Shown here piece by piece: positions 17,580 to 26,469 of a stretch of DNA of 37,165 bases (position 1 is the stretch's first letter; the number at the start of each line of letters is the position of its first letter). Below the pieces are notes generated by a model. That model saw only the letters and a program-made list of their open reading frames with translations, was not told where the DNA came from and did not search any database. Source of the DNA: a virus (Duplodnaviria; Caudoviricetes); the IMG/VR virus record IMGVR_UViG_3300029822_000036, positions 1-37,165 of that record; one strand, 5' to 3'. A program made the translations under genes and the position numbers.

Positions 17580-18311
17580 ATGATTAAATTGAAACCATGC
17601 CCTTTTTGTGGGCGCGAAGCCGCAATAAGAGAATTTGACGATGGTAGTGGTGGGATTAGATGTAGCAGATGCGATTCCACTCCACTCACGCACGCGAGTT
17701 TTGGGCGAGAAAAGAGCAAGCAAGCGGCTATCGAAGAATGGAACCGTCGCCCAGACGGCTGGATACCGGTCACTGAGCGGTTGCCGGAGAGTGGCGAAAC
17801 TGTGCTATTGTGCTGTGAGGTACGTCCAGCCATGAAACGCTATATTTGCGACGGGTATTATGCTAAAGCAAAATCAATAATTAACAGTTGCAGTTTCGAT
17901 TATGAATGTGCAGTGGAATACGACGAAGAACAGGATGAATACTTTTTGTTGCAAGGATTTTATGAGGTTATTAAAAACTGGGATGAATATACCTCAATTA
18001 CAATAGAAGATTTCGTCACCCATTGGATGCCACTGCCAGCACCACCAGAAAGCGGATTGGAGGTGCGCCAGTTGGAGGGTGAGATTGACCCGTATTGGAT
18101 GAACCGCGCCCGCCAGCTTGAAGCCGACTGCGCGGCTATGCGGGAGGCGTTGGAGAAGATTGCACATCCAATACCCTGGCTACAGAAGTATGCTGAGACT
18201 CAAGGGTATGTGCTCAATGGTAGCTCCGCCGTATATCTGGCTAAAGATGCAAACTGGCTTAAGGACACCGCAAAGCAAGCCCTCGCCGCCCTGGAAGGAG
18301 GCGCGAAATGA
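17580..18311 (+). CDS. Lar-like zinc finger + DUF551-like composite protein
   Basis: LKPCPFCG...CSRC...AIEEWNRR, then WIPVTERLPE...VTHWMPLPAPP. Confidence 0.78.
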   Translation: MIKLKPCPFCGREAAIREFDDGSGGIRCSRCDSTPLTHASFGREKSKQAAIEEWNRRPDGWIPVTERLPESGETVLLCCEVRPAMKRYICDGYYAKAKSIINSCSFDYECAVEYDEEQDEYFLLQGFYEVIKNWDEYTSITIEDFVTHWMPLPAPPESGLEVRQLEGEIDPYWMNRARQLEADCAAMREALEKIAHPIPWLQKYAETQGYVLNGSSAVYLAKDANWLKDTAKQALAALEGGAK

Positions 18312-18601
18312 AAGATATACCATTTACACGATACCTACCTCCTAATGGACGTAAAACCAATGTATCAATATCACGACCTATAGATATTTACGAAAAAGCC
18401 ATGAAAATTATAGACGCTGGTTATCGCTTTGAAATCGAACTATTAACAACGGGATTGGTCAGTATGACTATCTCAGACGATGAAGATGATCACGCCATCG
18501 AAGCAGTAAGCAATGGGCCTCAAGTGCCAGAGGCCGTAGACAGGATGATAAGTCACTTCTGCCTGGCTCTGGAAGGAGGATCCCATGAGCAGACTAACTG
18601 A
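18308..18601 (+). CDS. Hypothetical protein
   Basis: RBS AAGGAGG and ATGA overlap with the upstream gene. Confidence 0.7.
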   Translation: MKDIPFTRYLPPNGRKTNVSISRPIDIYEKAMKIIDAGYRFEIELLTTGLVSMTISDDEDDHAIEAVSNGPQVPEAVDRMISHFCLALEGGSHEQTN

Positions 18602-18636
18602 TTGGATAGAAGCCCCGGCCGCCAGAAGAAAAATTA

Positions 18637-18669
18637 TTGCCGAGCCTAAAGAAATTGCGATAGAGGAGG
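18637..18669 (+). repeat. 33-bp direct repeat, copy 1
   Basis: TTGCCGAGCCTAAAGAAATTGCGATAGAGGAGG, identical at 19540..19572. Confidence 0.9.
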
Positions 18670-18678
18670 TCGGAAAGC

Positions 18679-19362
18679 ATGGAAAATTTAACCATAAACT
18701 GGCGGGAAGAATTAATTAAGCTTTTCCCGGATACCACGCAAAGAACCAAGGGCGAACACGATAAGTGGTGCTCAGTATGCAATGGGGTTGGATTAATCAA
18801 CAAAGGTAATTATGTTGTCGGATGCACCGCTTGTAATGGCAAAGGAATTAAAAAGGCATGCGAATGCGGTCAAAAAATAGACCGGCCATATTATGATACG
18901 TGCGATTCCTGCCGTTCTAAAAAATTCAATGAGCAGCAAGAGCAGAAAGACAGAGACCGCTTTGAGGCAGCTACCAAAATACCGTTTGAGGATTATGAAG
19001 GCCTGTTTTTATGGAGTGATAGAGCTATCGCAAAAGAGGATTTGGAGGAGGAATTATACTCATTGGTCTATGACGGCGAGGAACCGCCTAGCTATATCTG
19101 GGGCACTAAAAAGCATAAGGTTTTTACTGATATTGATCTCACAGAAGTGGTGATTAATAAATGTGAAGACGGTTACGAAGACATGTCGAGCTATTTTAAC
19201 TTTAAAGATGCTGATTTTATCAAAGCTCAAGAATTAATTAATTCCTGGCTTGCGAAGCACGATTCAGTCACAGACATATACTACGAGGATTATAAAACGG
19301 CCGTCCTGCTGGATGTCTTAGTTCCAATGTTTGAGCACAAAGTGACTTCGACGAGTAAGTAA
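18679..19362 (+). CDS. Hypothetical protein with CxxCxGxG zinc fingers
   Basis: CSVCNGVG, CTACNGKG and CECG...CDSC. Confidence 0.72.
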   Translation: MENLTINWREELIKLFPDTTQRTKGEHDKWCSVCNGVGLINKGNYVVGCTACNGKGIKKACECGQKIDRPYYDTCDSCRSKKFNEQQEQKDRDRFEAATKIPFEDYEGLFLWSDRAIAKEDLEEELYSLVYDGEEPPSYIWGTKKHKVFTDIDLTEVVINKCEDGYEDMSSYFNFKDADFIKAQELINSWLAKHDSVTDIYYEDYKTAVLLDVLVPMFEHKVTSTSK

Positions 19363-19373
19363 GGAGGATTTAT

Positions 19374-19583
19374 ATGGAAATCACGGTGAAGATCCAAGCC
19401 CCGGAATTAGTGGAAAGCATCAACGCCCTGGCGGTAGCCTTGGCAGGCAACATCGAATTACTGCTTATGGGCCCCAGCTCGAAGACCGGAGAGGTGCACC
19501 CGGACATCAAGGAGCAGCGTGACTCTAAGCCTGAGCCTGTTGCCGAGCCTAAAGAAATTGCGATAGAGGAGGGAAGTAATTGA
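19374..19583 (+). CDS. Small hypothetical protein, possibly truncated
   Basis: Strong RBS AAGGAGG; ends inside the 33-bp repeat and overlaps the dnaX start. Confidence 0.6.
   Translation: MEITVKIQAPELVESINALAVALAGNIELLLMGPSSKTGEVHPDIKEQRDSKPEPVAEPKEIAIEEGSN
19540..19572 (+). repeat. 33-bp direct repeat, copy 2
   Basis: Identical to 18637..18669; contains the dnaX RBS. Confidence 0.9.
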
Positions 19584-21688
19584 GTTTATATTTGAAATAT
19601 CGACCGGAATCATTTGATGATATTATAGGTAATGAGGATACAATCCAAGTTTTAAGAAATCAGTTAGCCGGGGATTCAAAGCAACCAATATCAAGGAGTT
19701 TACTGTTTCATGGTCCGACCGGATGCGGGAAGACCACGCTGGGTCGGATAGTGGCAAATGAGCTCGGGGCAAAGGGAAATGATCTCAGGGAGATTGACTC
19801 CGCAGATTTCAGGGGAATTGATACTATCCGGGATATCCGGAGGCAGAGCACGTATAAACCATTAGAAGGACCTTGCCGAGTTTGGATCCTAGACGAATGC
19901 TTTGCTAAAGGAACTAAAATCAGAATGCTGGATGGAATGGAAAAGCCTATCGAGGAGATTCAAACAGGGGAACAAATCCAGAATTTTTACAAAGGAGGAA
20001 CGGTGACCCACATCTTCCAAAATAAGGTGGAATTGGATAGAGTTTTGCGGATCATGTTTTCTGATGGGAGTTCCCTGGTATGCTCCAAAGAACATCTTTT
20101 CTTGACAGCGTCTGGATGGAAAAAAGCCAGTGATATCAATATTAAAAAAGATTTTATTTTATCCCCTTCTTATAATATAATAGGAGACAAAGGATTACGC
20201 CAAGGGGGTAAAAGAAATGAAACGGACGACGCCGATTCCTCGCAAATGTCTATATTGCGGAGAAACTCTCCAGAAGGCTCAAGCGAAGTATTGCTCCAAG
20301 ACCTGCTCCAACCGGGCGAACGCGAAGAAAGCGAAAGAAGAAATCAGAGTATGCCCGATTTGCCAACAGGAATTCACGGCCAAATGGTTCGACACGAGAC
20401 AAACGTGCTCGAAGGCGTGCGGGAACAAATTAGCAGGACAACAGCGGAAGGGGAAGGAAAGGAGCGAAGAAACCAGGAAAAAAATATCACAAGCTCATAT
20501 CAATCTAAAATCCACGGATCCGGAGAAATACGAAAAATTACGAAAGAACCGATCAGATCGAATGAAAAAAACCAATCCCATGAACAGCCAGAAGAATATA
20601 GAAAAAATGATGACGACAAAAAGAATGAACGGGACGTTGCATATCTGGAAAGGGGAAAGAGGAGGCAACGGAAAACTGACAGTCCCTCAGATGCTATTAG
20701 CGACGGCGCTAGGATGGATAATGGAACACCCAATTCCTACGGGACATTATTCAGGCCAAATGGGTTATCCGACCAATTACAAAGTAGACATAGCGAATCC
20801 ATCACTAAAATTAGCGATAGAAGTGGATGGGAAGGCTCACCGATGGAGAGAGCCGAAGCAATTAGACAGGAAGAAAGAGGAGAAATTAACTTTGTTAGGG
20901 TGGAAAGTATTGAGGTTTACGAACGAGGAAATAATGACGGATCTTTCCACGGTATTATTGAAGATAAAGAAAGAGATCAAGGATATGTAATATTCTATGA
21001 CTTAGAAATTGATTCCCATCCATCCTATATAGCTAATGGGAAATTAGTCCATAATTGTCACAAAATGACAGGGGACGCCCAGACGGCTCTATTAAAAGCC
21101 CTGGAGGATACCCCAAGCCATATATATTATATTCTTTGCACAACGGAGCCTCAGAAGCTTCTACCCACTATCCGGGGAAGATGTGCCCAGTATCAAGTTC
21201 GGCCTCTGACAGAAAAAGATATGAAAAAGTTACTTAGAAGGATAGTCAAGGCGGAAGAAGAATCCCTATCAAAAGAAATCTACGATCAAATCGTCCAGGA
21301 TAGTTTAGGGCATCCCCGGAATGCCTTACAGGTATTATCCCAGGTGCTATCAGTGGAAGAAAATAAAAGAATGGAAATGGCAAAGAGAACGGCGGAGACT
21401 CAGTCAAAAACCATCGAACTCTGCCGGGCACTAGTATCGGGCGATCCCTGGAAAAAGGTGAGCGGAATCCTGAAAGGGCTGAAAGATGAAGAGCCGGAGC
21501 AAATCCGCCGAGCTATTCTTGGGTATTGCCAAACCATCCTATTAAATGGATCGCCGAACGGATCAGTAGCCGGTATAATGGAGGAATTCATCGAGCCATT
21601 TTATAACACCGGATTCCCTGGATTAACTCTAGCCTGTTTCAGCACCTTGTTTGCGGAAAAAGACGACGACGATGAAATCCCCTTTTAA
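19580..21688 (+). CDS. dnaX: Clamp loader (DNA Pol III gamma/tau-like) precursor containing an intein
   Basis: LYLKYRP, GPTGCGKTT, Walker B ILDE|CH split by the insertion, ALLKALEDTP and TIRGRC. The spliced product would be 316 aa. Confidence 0.92.
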   Translation: MSLYLKYRPESFDDIIGNEDTIQVLRNQLAGDSKQPISRSLLFHGPTGCGKTTLGRIVANELGAKGNDLREIDSADFRGIDTIRDIRRQSTYKPLEGPCRVWILDECFAKGTKIRMLDGMEKPIEEIQTGEQIQNFYKGGTVTHIFQNKVELDRVLRIMFSDGSSLVCSKEHLFLTASGWKKASDINIKKDFILSPSYNIIGDKGLRQGGKRNETDDADSSQMSILRRNSPEGSSEVLLQDLLQPGEREESERRNQSMPDLPTGIHGQMVRHETNVLEGVREQISRTTAEGEGKERRNQEKNITSSYQSKIHGSGEIRKITKEPIRSNEKNQSHEQPEEYRKNDDDKKNERDVAYLERGKRRQRKTDSPSDAISDGARMDNGTPNSYGTLFRPNGLSDQLQSRHSESITKISDRSGWEGSPMERAEAIRQEERGEINFVRVESIEVYERGNNDGSFHGIIEDKERDQGYVIFYDLEIDSHPSYIANGKLVHNCHKMTGDAQTALLKALEDTPSHIYYILCTTEPQKLLPTIRGRCAQYQVRPLTEKDMKKLLRRIVKAEEESLSKEIYDQIVQDSLGHPRNALQVLSQVLSVEENKRMEMAKRTAETQSKTIELCRALVSGDPWKKVSGILKGLKDEEPEQIRRAILGYCQTILLNGSPNGSVAGIMEEFIEPFYNTGFPGLTLACFSTLFAEKDDDDEIPF
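19898..21055 (+). mobile_element. Intein (386 aa) in the DnaX Walker B motif
   Basis: Starts CFAKGTKI (block A), has CSKEHLFLT (block B), ends FYDLEIDSHPSYIANGKLVHN and is followed by Cys+1. Removing it restores ILDECHKMT. Confidence 0.93.
20217..20990 (+). CDS. Nested Vsr/DUF559-like putative homing endonuclease in the +1 frame inside the intein
   Basis: Two CxxC...CSxxC zinc repeats, NUMOD3-like KGKERSEETRKKISQAH, and YKVDIA...LAIEVDG..H...GWKVLRFTN. RBS AAGGGGG and TATAAT lie upstream. Confidence 0.85.
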   Translation: MKRTTPIPRKCLYCGETLQKAQAKYCSKTCSNRANAKKAKEEIRVCPICQQEFTAKWFDTRQTCSKACGNKLAGQQRKGKERSEETRKKISQAHINLKSTDPEKYEKLRKNRSDRMKKTNPMNSQKNIEKMMTTKRMNGTLHIWKGERGGNGKLTVPQMLLATALGWIMEHPIPTGHYSGQMGYPTNYKVDIANPSLKLAIEVDGKAHRWREPKQLDRKKEEKLTLLGWKVLRFTNEEIMTDLSTVLLKIKKEIKDM

Positions 21689-21755
21689 TCAAAATGTATG
21701 CCAGTCCCCGTCAGTACCACACTGAACGGATACCAATCAAAAGGAGGAATAATAA

Positions 21756-22262
21756 GTGGAATATCTCAATTATGCAGAGGATGTAAAAATAGACCCGGAT
21801 GCCCTGGATGTTGAGTGGTTGGAGCAACCGGAATTAATGCGGAAATATGCCAAGCATTCCGCTGATACAAAAAGGGCTATGGATGAGGCAAAGGAGCGAT
21901 TTGAAATAGGGCGGGCTAGGATTGAAATGGATATCCGTTCCGATCCCACCGCTTACGGATTATCCAAAGCCACGGAAGCCAGCATCCAAAGCGCGATCTT
22001 ATTACAAAAAGGATATCAAGAGCTTTCCCAGGAATACCAGGAAGCCCGGTACGAGAATGATGTAGCTATTGCCGTAGTGAGGGCGGTGGATCAGAGGAAG
22101 ACCGCCCTAGAAAACTTGGTTAGGCTCCTATCCGCCTCGTATTTTGCCGGACCGCAGTCCCCCAGAGATTTATACCAAGAAAACCTGGAAAATATAAAAA
22201 GGAAAAAAGAGAACTCCAAGGTAAAAGCCCCCCAACGTAAAAAGAAGGGAGGTGCGGGGTAA
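21756..22262 (+). CDS. UvsY-like recombination mediator
   Basis: Helical protein with DVKIDPDALDVEWLEQP, located before SSB and RecA. Confidence 0.55.
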   Translation: MEYLNYAEDVKIDPDALDVEWLEQPELMRKYAKHSADTKRAMDEAKERFEIGRARIEMDIRSDPTAYGLSKATEASIQSAILLQKGYQELSQEYQEARYENDVAIAVVRAVDQRKTALENLVRLLSASYFAGPQSPRDLYQENLENIKRKKENSKVKAPQRKKKGGAG

Positions 22263-22388
22263 TTTATCTTCTATTGATTGCGGTAATATTTCTAATCATT
22301 ATACCGCTTTACGTGGCTTTCCTATCAGCCTGTTCCTATCTGGGCAAAGTGTGGATAATAAAATTAATATTTAGGAGGAATGTTTTTA

Positions 22389-23621
22389 ATGGCGAAGAAA
22401 AGCAAGAAAACAACTAAAAGGAAGTTCAAGGGAAGTGTTTCCCGGAACGCGGCTAAACAGGTCCGAGGGGCTCAATTCGGGCATCTGAAATTACCCAAAG
22501 GGCTTAGCGTCTTTAAAGAAGATCCAGGAAGCCGGGCTAGCTTGGATATCATGCCGTATGAAGTTACCGTGAGCAATCATCCGGACAGGGACGATGAATA
22601 CGAAATTGCTGTCAATGGAAGCCTCTGGTATAAGCGCCCATATTGGTTGCATCGCAGTATAGGCTCCGATAATCAAGCCATCGTATGCCCCTCCAGCGCC
22701 GGGCAGAAATGCCCTATCTGTGAGTATAGAGCCCAGCTGTTGAAAGAAGGAGCTGACTGGAGTGACGATTCCGTAAAGGCATTAAAACCCTCTATGCGGA
22801 ATTTGTACGTTGTTATTCCAAAAGGCAATAAAAAGTATGATGAAGTCCCGCATGTCTGGGATATCAGCCAGTTCCTGTTCCAGGAGAAGCTCAACGAGGA
22901 AATCGGGGAGAATGAAGAGTACGAGGTCTTCCCAGATTTAGAGGAAGGGCTCACCCTCCGCATCCGATTCAGTGAGGAAAGTTTTGGTTCTAATAAATTT
23001 GCGGAAACAAGCCGGATCGATTTTAAAAAGCGGGATAAACCGTACGATGAATCAATCTTAGAAGATATCCCTTCCTTGGACGATCTACTGGAAATCCCAT
23101 CATATAAAGCTGTTGAGGCTATATTCTTCGGGGGTGTTGATCCAGAGGATGATGTAGAACCAGAGGAGGAAGAGGAAGAGGAAGAAAAGAAACCGACCCG
23201 GAATCGGAAAAGACCCCAACCAGAACCGGAAGAGGAAGAAGAAGAGGAAGAGGAAGAAACCGACGATGACGATGATGACGATGATGACGACGATGACGAC
23301 GATGACGATGATGACGACGATGACGATGATGCAGAGCCGGAGGAAGAGGAAGAGGAAGAAGAACAAAAAGGAGCCCCACCGAAACCCCCAGCTAGAACCC
23401 GGGGCAAAAAGACGGAGGAACCCGAAAAAGACAATAAAAAAGCGGATAAAGTCGATTCAAAGAAAAACGACAAAAAACCAAGCAAAAAAGATGAGGATAA
23501 AAAGAGCGGTAAAAAATCATGCCCGCATGGCCATAAGTTTGGAAATGATTGTGAAGAGTATGACGAGTGCGATAAATGCAAAATGTGGGAAGCTTGCATG
23601 GATGCTTCTGAAGGGCGGTAA
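22389..23621 (+). CDS. gp32-like single-stranded DNA-binding protein with long acidic linker
   Basis: H...CP...CPICE zinc motif, a poly-E/poly-D tract and position upstream of recA. Start at MAKK follows AGGAGG. Confidence 0.72.
   Translation: MAKKSKKTTKRKFKGSVSRNAAKQVRGAQFGHLKLPKGLSVFKEDPGSRASLDIMPYEVTVSNHPDRDDEYEIAVNGSLWYKRPYWLHRSIGSDNQAIVCPSSAGQKCPICEYRAQLLKEGADWSDDSVKALKPSMRNLYVVIPKGNKKYDEVPHVWDISQFLFQEKLNEEIGENEEYEVFPDLEEGLTLRIRFSEESFGSNKFAETSRIDFKKRDKPYDESILEDIPSLDDLLEIPSYKAVEAIFFGGVDPEDDVEPEEEEEEEEKKPTRNRKRPQPEPEEEEEEEEEETDDDDDDDDDDDDDDDDDDDDDDDAEPEEEEEEEEQKGAPPKPPARTRGKKTEEPEKDNKKADKVDSKKNDKKPSKKDEDKKSGKKSCPHGHKFGNDCEEYDECDKCKMWEACMDASEGR
23262..23330 (+). repeat. GAY trinucleotide tract encoding ~23 Asp
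   Basis: Run of GAC/GAT codons; a shorter run lies at ~9853..9887. Confidence 0.9.
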
Positions 23622-23627
23622 TCCCGT

Positions 23628-24695
23628 ATGAAAAGGACAGTAAAACCCACAGAAGAAAAGCTAAGTACCCAAGTGGAAAAGAAGATAAAAACCCCGTCAA
23701 AAACTACCCCTGAGTATGAGGGATCGAGCCGGATTATATCCACCGGCTCGACCCTTTTAGATCTAGCTATTTCAGGGGGAAGGTTTAAACAGGGGGGAAT
23801 TCCTACCGGCATCCTGGTGGAAATATTCGGTCCATCCGGGGCAGGGAAGACTGTTCTGCTTTCTCAAATTGCCGGCAATATGCAGAATGCCGGAGGAGAA
23901 ATAATGTTCCACGATCCAGAAGCCCGGCTTAATAGGCAATTCGCCTCTATGTTTGGGCTTGATCTTTCCCACCTGGAATACACTGTACCAAATACAATAC
24001 CAGAAGTATTCAAATCGGTCAGGGATTGGATTCCAGAGGAAGGATTATGTGGAGTATTCGCCGATTCCCTGGCGGCTTTATCTACAGACATGGAAATGGG
24101 GAAAGACCAAGGGGATAAAATGGGAATGAGGCGGGCGAAGGAATTCAGCGAAGAAATGCGGAAAACTTGCCGGATCATTTCCCAAAAGGATGTTTTGATG
24201 GTTTGCTCCAATCAGGTACGTCAAAACCCGGACGCCGGTCCTTATGGGCAGAAATATAAAAGCCCTGGAGGGGAGGCTATTGGTTTTTATTCCAGTTTAC
24301 GGCTAAGATGCTCAGCGCCGGAGAAATTAAAGATTGCCCGGAAAATCAAGGGGAAAGAACATAAACGGGTAATCGGAGTTAAGACCAATATTGAGATCTT
24401 TAAATCATCGGTCTGGAAGCCGTACCGTACGGCTGAAGTTTATATATTATTTGACTACGGCATCGACGATATCCGGGCTAATCTCCGGTTCATCAAGACG
24501 GCTACCGGAGATCCTTTGTACCGTGTCGGTGAGATAAAGCTAGGCAAAACCCTGGAACGGGCTATCAAAGAGGTGGAAGAGCAGGGACTAGAACAGGATC
24601 TCAAAAGCAGGGTTATAGAGTTGTGGCGGGATATTGAGGATAATTTTACAGAGGAACGGAAACCGAGGATAAAGGAGAAGGGGAGTGGGGGCTAA
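23628..24695 (+). CDS. recA: RecA/UvsX recombinase
   Basis: ISTGSTLLDLAI, EIFGPSGAGKT, DSLAAL, NQVR and PGGEAIGFYSSLRL. Confidence 0.93.
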   Translation: MKRTVKPTEEKLSTQVEKKIKTPSKTTPEYEGSSRIISTGSTLLDLAISGGRFKQGGIPTGILVEIFGPSGAGKTVLLSQIAGNMQNAGGEIMFHDPEARLNRQFASMFGLDLSHLEYTVPNTIPEVFKSVRDWIPEEGLCGVFADSLAALSTDMEMGKDQGDKMGMRRAKEFSEEMRKTCRIISQKDVLMVCSNQVRQNPDAGPYGQKYKSPGGEAIGFYSSLRLRCSAPEKLKIARKIKGKEHKRVIGVKTNIEIFKSSVWKPYRTAEVYILFDYGIDDIRANLRFIKTATGDPLYRVGEIKLGKTLERAIKEVEEQGLEQDLKSRVIELWRDIEDNFTEERKPRIKEKGSGG

Positions 24696-24738
24696 TCGCC
24701 TCCACTTATCCGCCTGGGGATAGGGAAAGGGGTCGGTA

Positions 24739-24987
24739 ATGGGGAATAATAGAGGGCGACATAATTCGGATGAATCCCTTTGCGTAAGATGCATCCATGC
24801 CTACGGGAACGATTGTTTTTCAATTCCGCAAGAGGAAAGGACGTGGATAACAAAAAAAATAAAAAAGCAAAAAAGAGGGCATGGGGCGGGATATATCATT
24901 TACACGATAAAAGAATGCATCAGATATGAACCAGGGAGGAAAGAGCTTGATCTATTCCGCCCAGGGCATCAATATATCAAAATGTAG
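24739..24987 (+). CDS. Small Cys-containing hypothetical protein
   Basis: RBS AAGGGG; LCVRCIHA...C...ECIRY. Confidence 0.6.
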   Translation: MGNNRGRHNSDESLCVRCIHAYGNDCFSIPQEERTWITKKIKKQKRGHGAGYIIYTIKECIRYEPGRKELDLFRPGHQYIKM

Positions 24988-25000
24988 GGAAGGAGCTTGT

Positions 25001-25363
25001 ATGGCAATAAAAACATCATCAGCCAAAGCAAAGGGAAGATCATTACAGCAATGGGTTTGTCAAAAGATATCGGACTTATTAAATATACCTTGGGGTAAAG
25101 ATGAATTAATAGCCTCCCGCGAAATGGGGCAATCAGGAGTAGATGTCCGTTTAATAGGGGAAGCCCAGAAACGATTCCCCTTTTCTGTGGAATGCAAGAA
25201 CCAGGAAAAATGGGTTGTTCATTCTTGGATAGAGCAGGCCCAGGATAATCAAAAAAAGGGGACAGATTGGCTCCTCATAGCTAAAAGAAGCCGAAAGAAA
25301 CCAGTAGTTATTATGGATGCCGCGCGGTTTTTTGAATTACTAAAAGGAAAGGAAAACGCATGA
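25001..25363 (+). CDS. PD-(D/E)XK nuclease, Holliday junction resolvase-like
   Basis: SAKAKGRSLQQWV, GVDV and FSVECKNQE. Start is MAIK after GGAAGGAG. Confidence 0.78.
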   Translation: MAIKTSSAKAKGRSLQQWVCQKISDLLNIPWGKDELIASREMGQSGVDVRLIGEAQKRFPFSVECKNQEKWVVHSWIEQAQDNQKKGTDWLLIAKRSRKKPVVIMDAARFFELLKGKENA

Positions 25364-26469
25364 TATCAAAAGTGGAGATTGAGAACTTCCAATCACATGA
25401 AAAAACAGTTATGGAATTCGATCCAGGGGTTAATGTTCTAATTGGGAAATCAGACAGGGGCAAGTCTGCTATTTTCCGGGCAATAAATTGGCCAATATCT
25501 AATAGACCGTTAGGGGATTCATTCCGGTCAGAATGGGGAGGAGATACCAGAGTAGTCCTTTTCACTTCGGAGGGGAATAAAGTAGAACGTCTTCGTTCCA
25601 TCGTTAAATCTGTTTCCAGGAATGAGTATATTTTAAACGATCAGATTTTAAAGGCATTCGGGACCGAAGTGCCGGAGGAAGTCCGGGATACCCTGCAAAT
25701 AGATGCTTTTAATATTCAAGCCCAGATGGACGCCCCTTTCCTTCTTTCCAATACTCCAGGGGAAGCGGCGAAGCTGTTAAATAAAGCCGCTTCTATCGAT
25801 GACATAGATCAAACGGTCTCCGGGATCAAAAGAGCTTTACAGAAAATTGACGCCGATACTAAATACAAAGAAAGGCAATTAGAAAAATATCAACAGGATA
25901 TAAAGCTCTATGATAATTTACCGGAAATTGAATTAGCCATTGAGGCGGTAGAAGGCTTAGAAAAGGAGGCGGAGGGGTTAGTCAGAGGCCAAGCCGCCTT
26001 AAATCGGGTAAAGAAGGAAATAGAGCGGGTAGAATTAAAGCTAGAGGAGGGAAAGGACGTCCCGGTATTATTGGCTAAGGTGATAGAGGTGAAGGAATCC
26101 TATCAAATTCACCAAAACCAAGTAAATAAGTATAATAGGATATATAGGATAAATAAACAGATAGGGGAGATACAAGAATCCCTAGAACAGACAGGGGAAG
26201 TAGATCGTATCTTGGAATTGCTCGTGGAAGCGGATAGGGATTTCTCCCAGATGAAAAAGAACCAAGAACGGTATCAATTATTAAAAAGAATCCAAGTAAA
26301 TGTCCAGAACGTTTCTAACTCTATACTCCGGCTGGATAAAAAGATTTCTCAGCTAGAACAAGATTACGAAAAGATGATACCGGAAACTTGCCCCTTATGT
26401 GGGGCGGAAATGAAGGGAGGGGAAAAGAGTGAAAAGAGTACGAGCCGTCCCTGCCGGGAAAAAGACTAA
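25360..26469 (+). CDS. SbcC/Rad50 N-terminal half (Walker A to zinc hook)
   Basis: IENFQSH, GKSDRGKS, Q-loop, coiled coil and terminal CPLCG; no Walker B. Confidence 0.85.
   Translation: MISKVEIENFQSHEKTVMEFDPGVNVLIGKSDRGKSAIFRAINWPISNRPLGDSFRSEWGGDTRVVLFTSEGNKVERLRSIVKSVSRNEYILNDQILKAFGTEVPEEVRDTLQIDAFNIQAQMDAPFLLSNTPGEAAKLLNKAASIDDIDQTVSGIKRALQKIDADTKYKERQLEKYQQDIKLYDNLPEIELAIEAVEGLEKEAEGLVRGQAALNRVKKEIERVELKLEEGKDVPVLLAKVIEVKESYQIHQNQVNKYNRIYRINKQIGEIQESLEQTGEVDRILELLVEADRDFSQMKKNQERYQLLKRIQVNVQNVSNSILRLDKKISQLEQDYEKMIPETCPLCGAEMKGGEKSEKSTSRPCREKD

Noticed and set aside
19898-21055. Insertion in dnaX as a group I intron
   Set aside because: The host frame is open throughout and has complete intein termini (C...HN/C), so protein splicing explains it.
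22259-22417. Hydrophobic ~50-aa frame between the UvsY-like gene and SSB
   Set aside because: It is a plausible small membrane protein, but no canonical start codon sits at a proper distance from the RBS, so it is not called.
22673-23812. 379-aa minus-strand ORF with poly-Ser
   Set aside because: It is an antisense shadow of the low-complexity acidic SSB gene and has no domain motifs.
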